Source: an uncultured cyanobacterium (GTDB taxonomy: Bacteria; Cyanobacteriota; Cyanobacteriia; Pseudanabaenales; Pseudanabaenaceae). Taken from it: a DNA stretch of 64,000 nucleotides. Below the pieces are notes generated by a model that was given only the letters and a program-made list of their open reading frames with translations, was not told where the DNA came from and did not search any database. Both the position numbers and the translations under genes were made by a program. Where the stretch lies: positions 1,120,001 to 1,184,000 of the forward strand of contig OY969811.1 in NCBI GenBank assembly GCA_963703315.1, given 5' to 3'. Shown here piece after piece: positions 30,988 through 40,823 of this stretch; the stretch's first letter is position 1; every line of letters begins with the position of its first letter.

Positions 30988-33255
30988 ATGAAACTAACAT
31001 TACAGCCATCAAAGTTAAAACAAAAAAAGATTGGCTTTCCCTCATCGATATTACAGTTAGGAACCAAACAAAATTCAATTAATCAACAATTTATTTCTCC
31101 ATGGGTATGGGGACTTTTTATTGTTAGTATTGCAACTTTTATAGCTTGTACTTTTATAGCTTTAAATCGTCCAACTTTATTGCCTTTTCAAATAGTTAAT
31201 CCCCTAGTATTCCGACCTTTGCCTGAGTTTTTGAGTCTGCCCCTATCCTTCGACGATATCCTGATACCAGCGATCGCGATCGCTGCCTTTTGTTTAGCAT
31301 TAATTCATATACCTGCAAATAACTTTACTCGGCTCATTGCTCATACAGTAATTAGTATTTTGGCAATTCGTTATTTGGTATGGCGAGCCACAGTTACACT
31401 GAATACGGCGCACTGGTTGAGTGTGATCGTAAGTGTGATTTTACTGATCAATGAACTTGTCTGGATCGGTAGTTATGTTTTGTATCTTTTTCAGACAACT
31501 TGGACAACGGAATCTAGACGTAAGAGAGAAGCCGATCGCTATGAACAAGCAGTAATCGAAGGCGAATATTTACCTTCAGTGGATGTATTTATTCCCACCT
31601 ATAAAGAGCCAGATTTTATTGTTCGACGTACAGCGATTGGCTGTCAAGCAATGAATTATCCGAATAAGACTATCTATATTCTCGATGATACGCGCCGTCC
31701 TCATATTCAGAAAATGGCGGAAGAACTTGGCTGTAAATATATTACTCGTCCTAATAATAATCATGCGAAGGCGGGGAATCTCAACAATGCCTTGCCCCAG
31801 ACCGATGGTGAACTGATTACGATCATGGATGCGGATTTTGTCCCTTTTACCAACTTTTTGATGCGAACCGTTGGCTTCTTTCAGAATCCTAAATATGACC
31901 TAGTACAGACCCCTCAATTTTTCTATAACCCTGACTATCATGCTCGAAATCTGGGACTATCTGACAAGATGCCCAATGATATGGAACATTTTTTTGGTCA
32001 TGTTCAACCCGGTCGCGATAATGGCAACTGTGTGATCTGTTGTGGCACGTCCTATGTAGTGCGTCGAAGCAGTCTTGAGGCGATCGGCGGCTATTACACT
32101 GGTTGCTGTGTTGAAGACTATCAAACTTCGATTAAGTTGCTTACCAATGGTGGGTGCATCGCCTATCTGAATGAACTATTGAGTATGGGTGAATCTACGC
32201 GGATGTTTGCTGATTTTCTCGATCAACGGTTGCGTTGGTTACAGGGAAATATGCAGGTTTATTTCCGTAAAGATTTGCATATATGGACTAAATTAAACTG
32301 GATTCAAAAAAGCTTTCATGTTTCTTTAATTTTCTTTTGCTTTAATCCTGTTGTTCGCTTTATCTCTCTGGCTATGCCTCTGTTGAGCTTGTTCTTTGGT
32401 ACAGCCCCTTTAATTGCATCTGTGTCTGAATATCTGTATTACGCAGCCCCATTTGCGATCGCCTTCTTATTTGTATTTGGCTGGTCAACAGGCGATCGCT
32501 TGTCCGCAATTTGGAATGAAGTGTATGAAACTGCATTTTGTTTTCCTGCAATGGGTCGTTTATCTTTAATTTTAAGAAATCCCTTTGCAAAAGCATCGAC
32601 GGCTACACGTAAAGGTGTGAAAGCGGATCGCAAAAATTACAATTTCTGTCATACATATCCTTTGTTGATCATGATGTCCTTAACTGTGATTGGAGTAATC
32701 ATGCACTATGGGGGATATTTCCTCAATATTTGGGAAATCAATCAACATGAGTATATGGGTAAAGAGTTTCTGCTCTTTTGGTTGATCTACAACTTTATTG
32801 TGATGGCGGTAGCCGTACTTTCGGCGATCGATCAACCTGTACGCCGTGATGTCGATCGCTTTCCATTATGTACTTTTTGTAAATTAACTGTTAAAGATCG
32901 GGTGTACTGGGGCTATACCAATGACCTGTCTGAAGGTGGCGCAAGTCTAACCTTGAATAAAAATAATGAGCTTGTCAATCTGCATGGTACTCAAGAAGGG
33001 ATATTAGAGTTTGTGGAGCATGGGTTTACGGTTAAATGTACGGTGATTCGTTCTGCGAGTAGAGATAGATTTGCGAATGCATCCCTACAATTTCAAGATA
33101 TCAACCTTGAGCAACATCGTAAATTGATTGTTTTGCTATATTGCTCATTAGAATGGTGGAAAGAACGGAAGAAGCCCAATGGTTTAGATGCCAGCTTAGA
33201 AGTTTTGGCAGCAATTTTTAAGAGCAAACCTCTATTGAATGTGCATACTAATTAA
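30988..33255 (+). CDS. Cellulose-synthase-like processive GT2 with C-terminal PilZ domain
   Basis: LDDT, HAKAGNLN, DAD, QTPQ, VED, QRLRW (QxxRW); PilZ RxxxR (RDVDR) and DLSEGG. Confidence 0.92.
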   Translation: MKLTLQPSKLKQKKIGFPSSILQLGTKQNSINQQFISPWVWGLFIVSIATFIACTFIALNRPTLLPFQIVNPLVFRPLPEFLSLPLSFDDILIPAIAIAAFCLALIHIPANNFTRLIAHTVISILAIRYLVWRATVTLNTAHWLSVIVSVILLINELVWIGSYVLYLFQTTWTTESRRKREADRYEQAVIEGEYLPSVDVFIPTYKEPDFIVRRTAIGCQAMNYPNKTIYILDDTRRPHIQKMAEELGCKYITRPNNNHAKAGNLNNALPQTDGELITIMDADFVPFTNFLMRTVGFFQNPKYDLVQTPQFFYNPDYHARNLGLSDKMPNDMEHFFGHVQPGRDNGNCVICCGTSYVVRRSSLEAIGGYYTGCCVEDYQTSIKLLTNGGCIAYLNELLSMGESTRMFADFLDQRLRWLQGNMQVYFRKDLHIWTKLNWIQKSFHVSLIFFCFNPVVRFISLAMPLLSLFFGTAPLIASVSEYLYYAAPFAIAFLFVFGWSTGDRLSAIWNEVYETAFCFPAMGRLSLILRNPFAKASTATRKGVKADRKNYNFCHTYPLLIMMSLTVIGVIMHYGGYFLNIWEINQHEYMGKEFLLFWLIYNFIVMAVAVLSAIDQPVRRDVDRFPLCTFCKLTVKDRVYWGYTNDLSEGGASLTLNKNNELVNLHGTQEGILEFVEHGFTVKCTVIRSASRDRFANASLQFQDINLEQHRKLIVLLYCSLEWWKERKKPNGLDASLEVLAAIFKSKPLLNVHTN

Positions 33256-33420
33256 CACCAAAGCAAAAAATGGCGTTGCCATTTTTTGCTTTGGTATATA
33301 GCGCTTTTCAAGCAAGCGAGGTACATAGGATTGTTTCCCCGCCTTCGGCGGGGAAACAATCCCGTACTTCACTAGACTGAAAAACGCTATATGAAGTGCC
33401 TCGCTACGCGAGGCACTTCA
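33256..33420. mobile_element. Stack of family C hairpin, intact family A element (33297-33391) and a short hairpin
   Basis: The family A copy differs from 11559-11653 at 4 of 95 positions by manual alignment. Confidence 0.75.
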
Positions 33421-33448
33421 TCACGCTAAATTCTCTTTGTGATATGCC

Positions 33449-34750
33449 ATGACATTCTTGAGTAAGTCTCGTTGGTTTGTGTGGATATTGGCGATCGCCC
33501 TCTGCATTGGGCTATTTCAGTCGCCAATTTTGCAAATGTTTGCTGTACCTCAAGCTCAGTTAATTGAACCGACAGTTAATCAACTTGAGGCAAGGATTCG
33601 CAAAATTCGCATGGGAGACTTACAGATCAAGGTAATTGATGACAAGCAAAATCCTATCGCAAATGCCGAGGTTTTGGTCGAGCAGATTGCTAACGCTTTC
33701 CAGTTTGGGGTTTCTTTGCGTACAGAGATGTTTCGTGATGACGCAGATCGAGCTTCTCAAAGGCAATATTTAAAAATAGCGCAAGAACTTGCTAATAGCA
33801 GTGTTCATGAAGATGCCCTCAAATGGTATTCCACAGAGTCAAATCGTGGACAAGTAACCTATAGTGATGCCGATCGCATTTTGGACTGGAGCGATCACCA
33901 TTATCCTCTACCAATGCGTGGACATAATCTATTTTGGGAAGTTGAGCAATGGCAGCAATCATGGCTCAAGCAACTCAGCAAAGATGATTTACGTCAAGCC
34001 GTCCTTCAACGAGCAACCGATATTTGTACTCGCTATCGAGGGCGCATCACTGAATACGATGTTCTCAATGAAATGCTGCATGGCAACTTTTTTCGTGGTC
34101 GGCTAGGCGATCGCATCGTTGATGAGATGTTTGCCCAATGTGCCAAAGCTGATCCTCAAGCTCATCTTTATCTCAATGAATATGACATCCTCAACGGCAA
34201 ATTGGTTGATGCTTATAGCAAACAAGTTCGCACCCTCTTAGGGCGAGGCGTGAAGGTGGGAGGCATAGGCATACAGGCACATATTCGCGAAAACATTGCG
34301 ATCGCCCAAATACAATCAAGCATTGATCAGATGGCGAAGCTAGGATTACCGATCAAAATCACAGAAGTTAGCGTTCTTGCGGATACTGAGTCTCGCAAAG
34401 CCCAAGTTCTCACTGATCTATATCGGGTTGCCTTTGCTCATCCTGCTGTCAAAGGGATTACACTATGGGGATTTTGGGAAGGTGCAGCATGGGAGCCAAA
34501 AACTGCCCTATACGATCGCCAATTTAAGCCACTCCTCGCCGCCCAAGCCTATCGAAAACTGATTCTAGAGGACTGGAGAACCAATACAAAGGGCAGCACT
34601 GGTCATGAGGGTAATCAAGTGGGTATCTATTCCACAAGAGCTTTCTTTGGTACTTATCGAGTAACTATTAAAAGTGGCGATCGCCAGATTCAGAAAACAA
34701 TTACTTTTAATGAGAGAGATCGCAAAGTGCCTTATATCATTTCTTTATAG
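33449..34750 (+). CDS. Exported GH10 endo-1,4-beta-xylanase-family protein
   Basis: N-terminal hydrophobic signal; EDALKW, RGHNLFW, YDVLNE (acid/base), GIGIQAH, KITEV (nucleophile), LWGFW. Confidence 0.9.
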   Translation: MTFLSKSRWFVWILAIALCIGLFQSPILQMFAVPQAQLIEPTVNQLEARIRKIRMGDLQIKVIDDKQNPIANAEVLVEQIANAFQFGVSLRTEMFRDDADRASQRQYLKIAQELANSSVHEDALKWYSTESNRGQVTYSDADRILDWSDHHYPLPMRGHNLFWEVEQWQQSWLKQLSKDDLRQAVLQRATDICTRYRGRITEYDVLNEMLHGNFFRGRLGDRIVDEMFAQCAKADPQAHLYLNEYDILNGKLVDAYSKQVRTLLGRGVKVGGIGIQAHIRENIAIAQIQSSIDQMAKLGLPIKITEVSVLADTESRKAQVLTDLYRVAFAHPAVKGITLWGFWEGAAWEPKTALYDRQFKPLLAAQAYRKLILEDWRTNTKGSTGHEGNQVGIYSTRAFFGTYRVTIKSGDRQIQKTITFNERDRKVPYIISL

Positions 34751-34768
34751 CGACGAAACGCCCCCACT

Positions 34769-37276
34769 CTATGCATGGGTGGACTTGGTGTGCCAGTATT
34801 GTAGAGTTTCTCTGAGTTTTTCTCTGCGAATGGGCTTACTCACGTAATCATCCATCCCTACCGCCAAACAGCGATCGCGATCTTCCGTAAACGCATTAGC
34901 AGTCATCGCAATAATTACCAGATGTTTAGATTGAGATGATTGATGATTGGCTTCTAGCTGGCGAATGGCTTGAGTTGTTGCATATCCATCCAAAAGAGGC
35001 ATCTGGCAGTCCATTAAAATAATGTCATAATTTTTAGTCTTAATTGACTGCAATACCCGTTCTCCATTTTCGGCTAAGTCTGCCTTACAGCCTAGTTGCG
35101 ATAAATAGGACATCATTACTTTCTGATTAACTATATTATCTTCTGCTAATAAGATTTTCAAATTGCTCAGATCCTCGTTGCTATTTGTCTCTCTAGCATT
35201 TTGGACAATTGGACTATTAGTTGGAAAACTGTCCAAAGGTAACTCTATATTAAGAGCAGCATATATTGCTGTTAGTAGTCTCTTGCGTTTTAAAGGTTTG
35301 CGAACGTATCCACAAAATCCTTGGTTGATAATGGATTGAATTTCACCTTGGCAATTGGTAGTTAATATCGCTATCAGTGGTAAATTGACCAATTCTGGTT
35401 TCGCATGAAGTTGGTGCGCTACTTCAACTCCATTAGAACCGATAGAGTTCCAATCAATTAAAACCGCATCAAGTGGTCTGACCGAATCTAGACAGGCGAT
35501 CGCTTCTTTAAGATTATTGGCTTCATATAAAGTCGCCCCAAATTTAGCAAGATGATAACGAATTACATCGCGGGAATGCTGATGTCCATCAATTACTAAA
35601 ATACGTCTCTTAGCTAAACCCTGAGCTTTATCACCTAAAGACTGAGATTCAGGCTGAGGTGGAACTGTGAAAGGAATCCTAAACCAGAAATGCGTACCTC
35701 TTCCACTGTCAACAGGACTTAAGACACCAATTTCTCCTTGCATCAGTTCTACTAACTGACGACTGATCGCTAGTCCCAATCCAGTACCACCAAAAAGACG
35801 AGTTGTTGAGGTGTCAACCTGCGAAAATGGCTTAAATAATTTATCTTGATCTCCAGCATCAATCCCCATACCTGTATCAATCACAGAAAAGCGAAGATAA
35901 ATTTGAGGCAAATGGTGATTAGCTAAATCACTTACTGATGTAGCTAAGGTCTGTTCAAAATCGCGATCGCGTGCAATTTTAACTAAGACTTCCCCATGTT
36001 CTGTAAACTTAATTGCATTGCCAATTAAGTTCATCATAATTTGCCGTAACCTCACTGTATCGATAGTTAATAAGGTTGGCAAATTCTCGGCAAAGGATGC
36101 ATTAAGCTCTAGTCCTTTTTTGTGAGCTTGCAATGCAAATAGTTCTAGAGTTTCTTCAATAAAATTCTCTAAATTGAAAGGTAAGTTCTCTAGTTTTAGT
36201 TCTCCTGCATCTAATTTTGATAAATCGAGAATACGATTAATTAAACTGAGCAATAGATTGCCACTCAGACGAATATTTTCGACAAAGTCTTGCTGACGCG
36301 CATCTAGAGGTGTGCCTAAGAGTAAATCTGTCATGCCTAAGACACCATTCATAGGCGTACGAATTTCATGACTCATATTTGCTAAGAAGATACTCTTAGC
36401 TTTTGCAGAATGTTCAGCAAATTGTCTAGCTGCTAACAACTCCTGTTCTTTGCGTCTAAGCTCAGTAATATCACGACCAACATAAACAAAATCATGGGCA
36501 GATGCTGGATCATGTTCAAGTCGATGATTAGATATGGGTGAGCAAGAAAAAGATATTAGAATTTCTTCTTTTGCCTTAGATAAACAAAGTATTTCGATAT
36601 TTTCAAGATAGCGATCGCCTTCTAATTTGTGAGTATCATGAGCCGCAAAATCTAGATATTTTTGATGGATTAAATCAAGCTGCTCCGAATCATGAAATAG
36701 CAAAGAAATTGAATTATTAATTAACTCATCTTGAGTATAACCAAACAGATGTATAGTTGCAGGATTTATCGTTTTAATTATGCCTAGTCGATCAGTTACA
36801 ATCAAGGCATCTGCCATTGCCAAAACAACTTTATCAATATATTTTTTTGACTTTGCTAATTCATTTGCAAGTAGCTCAGATTCATTAGCTCTTTGCATTA
36901 AATCCTGCGACATAGTCATTATTTCAGTTGCATCTTCAATACAAATAATAATATTGCCATCAGATTCTTCTAATTCATTAGTAGCAATAATATAAAGATT
37001 AAAGTAAATAGGTGATTTTGAATTATTGGAACGACAAATACCTTTAATTTCAAAACTAGTAAGTTGGTTAAGCCAAATATTATTAAAAACTTCTTCTAAT
37101 CCAACTGTCTCTGGAAATACTTGGCGAATATCTTTATTGAAAAGTGGCTCATAAGGACATTCAGAAAATCTTGCAGCACCATAGGAAGTATCAATGATCA
37201 CAAACTCTCGATCAATCACAATGAATGATCTCTCTGAATTCGTAAGAAGTTTTTTGAGAAGTTTTGACTGTTTCAT
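34769..37276 (-). CDS. Cytoplasmic hybrid histidine kinase (PAS-like, PAS, HisKA, HATPase, REC, REC)
   Basis: ANMSHEIRTPMNG, NLIGNAIKFT, DTGMG, GGTGLGL, LMDCQMP; no TM segment. Confidence 0.95.
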   Translation of the reverse strand: MKQSKLLKKLLTNSERSFIVIDREFVIIDTSYGAARFSECPYEPLFNKDIRQVFPETVGLEEVFNNIWLNQLTSFEIKGICRSNNSKSPIYFNLYIIATNELEESDGNIIICIEDATEIMTMSQDLMQRANESELLANELAKSKKYIDKVVLAMADALIVTDRLGIIKTINPATIHLFGYTQDELINNSISLLFHDSEQLDLIHQKYLDFAAHDTHKLEGDRYLENIEILCLSKAKEEILISFSCSPISNHRLEHDPASAHDFVYVGRDITELRRKEQELLAARQFAEHSAKAKSIFLANMSHEIRTPMNGVLGMTDLLLGTPLDARQQDFVENIRLSGNLLLSLINRILDLSKLDAGELKLENLPFNLENFIEETLELFALQAHKKGLELNASFAENLPTLLTIDTVRLRQIMMNLIGNAIKFTEHGEVLVKIARDRDFEQTLATSVSDLANHHLPQIYLRFSVIDTGMGIDAGDQDKLFKPFSQVDTSTTRLFGGTGLGLAISRQLVELMQGEIGVLSPVDSGRGTHFWFRIPFTVPPQPESQSLGDKAQGLAKRRILVIDGHQHSRDVIRYHLAKFGATLYEANNLKEAIACLDSVRPLDAVLIDWNSIGSNGVEVAHQLHAKPELVNLPLIAILTTNCQGEIQSIINQGFCGYVRKPLKRKRLLTAIYAALNIELPLDSFPTNSPIVQNARETNSNEDLSNLKILLAEDNIVNQKVMMSYLSQLGCKADLAENGERVLQSIKTKNYDIILMDCQMPLLDGYATTQAIRQLEANHQSSQSKHLVIIAMTANAFTEDRDRCLAVGMDDYVSKPIRREKLRETLQYWHTKSTHA

Positions 37277-37378
37277 AGCTACTAACGATACTAAAAAGTA
37301 TAGGTTTTATGATTCTTGTGCGATATTTTTATTGACAAAAATGATGGTATTTGCGGTTGAGGGTTGTTAATAATGGAA

Positions 37379-37942
37379 TTATTTTAGCATTAGCATTTTA
37401 CGTGCTAGTGTTTGGAATATTTGGTCAACTCCTTCTCCTGTTTTGGCAGATGTTTCCCTTACTAGGGTATTGAGAGCAGCAAATTCATGCACTATCGGTT
37501 GAAGGAAACCTTCTCTTTCTTGAACTCCGATTAAATCAACTTTATTCAGAGCAATTATTAAGTTAGATTGAGGATTTACTGTTTGAAAAAGTTGAACATG
37601 ATCTTTAAGGTTTTGTATACTTGATTTTCTCGTTACATCTGCAACTATGAGCGCTCCCTTTGCCCCTTGCAAGTAACTAGGTGCAATCCCTTTAAAACGG
37701 GTACTACCTTCGATATCCCAAATCACTAACTGTAATTGTTTCAATTCTCCATCATCGAGTCGAGAACTATCTACAGAAGCATCAATGGATACTAGTTTAC
37801 GAGAGATTTTTACACCAACTGTAGACAGGTATTTATCACTAAATTGGCGATCAACAAATTGACGAATCAGACTAGTTTTGCCAACACCAAAATCGCCGAT
37901 AAGACATATTTTTTGAGAAATTACTTTAGAAGGAGCAGACAT
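37379..37942 (-). CDS. Rab/Ras-like small GTPase
   Basis: G1 GDFGVGKTS, G2 YLSTVGV, G3 WDIEG, G4 NKVD, G5 TSAK; 187 aa stand-alone. Confidence 0.92.
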   Translation of the reverse strand: MSAPSKVISQKICLIGDFGVGKTSLIRQFVDRQFSDKYLSTVGVKISRKLVSIDASVDSSRLDDGELKQLQLVIWDIEGSTRFKGIAPSYLQGAKGALIVADVTRKSSIQNLKDHVQLFQTVNPQSNLIIALNKVDLIGVQEREGFLQPIVHEFAALNTLVRETSAKTGEGVDQIFQTLARKMLMLK

Positions 37943-37976
37943 TTAATTAGATACAGATAATTAGATACAGACTTTT

Positions 37977-38093
37977 ACACCAAAACTAAAAATGGCGTAG
38001 CCATTTTTAGTTTAAAAACCCTTACTGGGTTTGTTTTTTAATTCACAAATTTTTAATTCACAAAAATGTTGTCACACTTTCGTGAATTGGTAT
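37977..38093. mobile_element. Miniature element, family C
   Basis: Copy of 16424-16526 with a short internal duplication; abuts the upstream gene's stop. Confidence 0.7.
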
Positions 38094-40777
38094 TACTTTA
38101 GCGTAGGCTGAAACTCTACCCACCTTGCTGCTTGGTTAGGGGCTTGCTGAATAGATGAATCTATTATCCCAGAAATATGTAAGCGTTTAGCATTTACCCC
38201 TCTTTGCAATAGGGCATCACGCACTGATTGCGAACGTTTCATGCCTAGTTGAAAGTTCGTTGCCAGATCACCTAAGTTATCACTCTTTGCCAAAATTTTG
38301 AGGTTATAGTCTGGATACATATCTAGAAAAGCTTTGACTTCCACTAGTTTTTCTAGTTCTATAGGTTGCAGCACTGTCACCCCCAATGAAAAGTAAATCC
38401 GCGTAGATAATTTGGGAATAACAATAGCAGCAGCGTTACTAACTGAAGTAACTCCAGAGATTTTAGTAAATGTCTGTGTAATCTTGGGGATCATGCTGGG
38501 CTGCTCGATTTGACCTGTAATCGTGATTTGCCCATTTTGGAACTGACTACTGATTCTTACGCCTTGAGTATAGTTAAGGGCTTTGGTGAGACGTTGAACC
38601 TCATTAGCAACCAAGATTGGTTCAGGGGGAACATTCACAGCATAGATGTTGTTATTAATTTTGTCGGTGGTGATTTCTGACTTTTCCGACTTGGTAGTCG
38701 CGATCGCCACTTGTAAGGCGCGATCGCGTAAATCTTGATTGGGTAATTTACCTGTTAACTTGAGGCGATCGCCATTGGCGGCAACATTTAAACGATAGAC
38801 TGCTAGTTCAGGTGTACTGGCAAAAGCTTCTAAGACTTTGGCTTCAAGTTGGCGATCGCGCTGAAATTGATATTGATAAAAGCCAATGGGAATAAAAATC
38901 AAAGCAAATGTCGCTAAGCCGATCCAAAGTAAAGTTTTTCCTGATTTTTTTGCCGACTTAGACTGATCGACCTCCATGAGAGTTTGCAGTTCGATTTCTG
39001 CCTCAGACGGAATTGTTTCAGGATCACCATCAAATTCCTTGAGGCGATCGCCATAGACTTGAATAATGCGACCAAATACATCACGAATTTTGGCAACAAA
39101 TATAGGCGCAGGTTCCCCATCAATGATTACGGCTAAATAACAATATCCTGCCACCTCTAGCAAAATCTTGGAGCCGCTATAGTTAATGGCATCCAGTTCT
39201 GTATTACTTTCTGACCGCGACATACATTCACTAGCAAAGCTGCGAATCGCAGTTAACATCCCCGCCAACATATCCGAATCGATTGGCTCAGCTTCAGAAT
39301 TGAGATCGCTCTGTTGCAGATCGATCATCACTAAGCCAGATAAATTATGAATTAAAAATATTGCTTTTATCTTAAATGGTACTGATTCTTTGAGAATTAA
39401 TTCAGCTTCAGACACGCCTTGCATCTTGGCGCGAAATTTACGCTGTACGCCTTCGACACTAAAGGTTTGTTCGACTTTTTGGTTAATAGAGCGAATTGCT
39501 TCTGCAAAATATTTGGCGATCGTATTGCCAATCACAGGATAGAGTGCGTCCACCATCGATTCCCGTTCGAGGACAATTTGACGTTTAATCGCTGAACCCA
39601 TCTCTGGGGCTAGGGCATCAACGATCGCATCACGGTCAAGGCGAATTTGTTCACGAATAGCGGCTCCCATTTCTGGCGCGATCGCCTTCGCAATCTCATC
39701 GGGACTATTGCGAATTTGTTCACTGAGAGCATTAGGCAAAATATCAGCGATCGCTCGGCTCATCGACACCCGATCTAGTTGCGATCGCTCAAAAATTACC
39801 TCTGCAATAATTGGCATAATTGCCTGACACATCTCCTCTCTAGATTGATTAGCTTTAAGATTGAGAATCTCCGCGATAATTGGCAACAAAAGCTGGACTA
39901 ACTCTTGAGGTTGGTATAACTTTTTCTCTAATTGAGCAACACGTTCCCTAACATTCTCAATCTCTATTGGAATGCTATCTTGATCATTACCAATTTTTGT
40001 CAGTTGTGAACCAAGACTGCTCAGCCCAAGCGATGCATTTTGAATTAAGCTCTCTAAACCCTCAATCTTATTCTGTAAGTCTGGACTATTGACTTGCTGC
40101 TCGACGATGCCTAACTTTTGTTCGACCGATATTTTAAAACTGCGTAGCTCTTCTAATTCTGGACTAACTAAAATATCTTGCAATATATGAAGGGCTTGAT
40201 CGTCTTCCGATGATGCCAAAATCTCTTCAGATGAACGCTCAAAAGATTTTTCTGTCAGATCTAGTTGAGGAGAATCTAGAGATCTTTCATCACCTAAAAG
40301 CAATGTATGTATAAGATTAATAGTTTCTAATTCCTCATCTTTTTTGTTAAATGACAAGTATTCTGCATTATCCGAAGAACTAGAATTTTCTTGCTCAAGG
40401 TTGATAATGCTTTCCTTTTCTAGACTATTTGCTTGATTATTTGCTTGGATAGATGGAAGATCCCTTAAAAAGGGTAGCTCATCTAAGAGGCTAGGAAAAG
40501 GATAAACTGGTGGCGATCGCTTTAGGTTTGGAACCTCTACATCTGATGCTGATCTAACCTCTAGGGAGAGCGAACTCGTTTCTAGCTTGTTGTTTCTAGA
40601 GTTATTTTTAGAATTAATATCTAGAGTATTTAAAGTGACTATCTGTTCTTGGTTCTGTGGATTTTCAGGCTTTTCAGAATCCATGATTTTTAGATCAGAG
40701 AGCAGAAGCAACAACTTCTCAACATCATTGAGAGAGTTATTCTGAGCTTTACTATTTTTCTCTGATCTATCAGACAT
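38093..40777 (-). CDS. Membrane-anchored BON/OmpA-domain protein with large cytoplasmic N-terminus (coiled coil, helical repeats, putative longin/roadblock-like domain)
   Basis: Single TM 'LLWIGLATFALIFIPIGFY'; BON-like 'RLKLTGKLP' and 'QITITGQI'; OmpA-like 'IYFS...SDNLG...NFQLGMKRSQSVRDALLQRGV'. Confidence 0.8.
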   Translation of the reverse strand: MSDRSEKNSKAQNNSLNDVEKLLLLLSDLKIMDSEKPENPQNQEQIVTLNTLDINSKNNSRNNKLETSSLSLEVRSASDVEVPNLKRSPPVYPFPSLLDELPFLRDLPSIQANNQANSLEKESIINLEQENSSSSDNAEYLSFNKKDEELETINLIHTLLLGDERSLDSPQLDLTEKSFERSSEEILASSEDDQALHILQDILVSPELEELRSFKISVEQKLGIVEQQVNSPDLQNKIEGLESLIQNASLGLSSLGSQLTKIGNDQDSIPIEIENVRERVAQLEKKLYQPQELVQLLLPIIAEILNLKANQSREEMCQAIMPIIAEVIFERSQLDRVSMSRAIADILPNALSEQIRNSPDEIAKAIAPEMGAAIREQIRLDRDAIVDALAPEMGSAIKRQIVLERESMVDALYPVIGNTIAKYFAEAIRSINQKVEQTFSVEGVQRKFRAKMQGVSEAELILKESVPFKIKAIFLIHNLSGLVMIDLQQSDLNSEAEPIDSDMLAGMLTAIRSFASECMSRSESNTELDAINYSGSKILLEVAGYCYLAVIIDGEPAPIFVAKIRDVFGRIIQVYGDRLKEFDGDPETIPSEAEIELQTLMEVDQSKSAKKSGKTLLWIGLATFALIFIPIGFYQYQFQRDRQLEAKVLEAFASTPELAVYRLNVAANGDRLKLTGKLPNQDLRDRALQVAIATTKSEKSEITTDKINNNIYAVNVPPEPILVANEVQRLTKALNYTQGVRISSQFQNGQITITGQIEQPSMIPKITQTFTKISGVTSVSNAAAIVIPKLSTRIYFSLGVTVLQPIELEKLVEVKAFLDMYPDYNLKILAKSDNLGDLATNFQLGMKRSQSVRDALLQRGVNAKRLHISGIIDSSIQQAPNQAARWVEFQPTLK

Positions 40778-40823
40778 AAACTACTTCCCAAAAAGTTGCG
40801 ATGTTGCTTCAATTCCAGATTAT

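Noticed and set aside
37379..37942. Eukaryotic contamination, or a Roc/COR or MglA protein
   Set aside because: It is embedded in cyanobacterial context with host repeats, has no CAAX tail and no LRR/COR domains, and its motifs are not MglA-type (no GxGxxGKTT/TVPGQ).
37943..37970. Short tandem duplication taattagatacaga x2 before the GTPase start
   Set aside because: Only two copies; most simply a slippage duplication with no supportable function.
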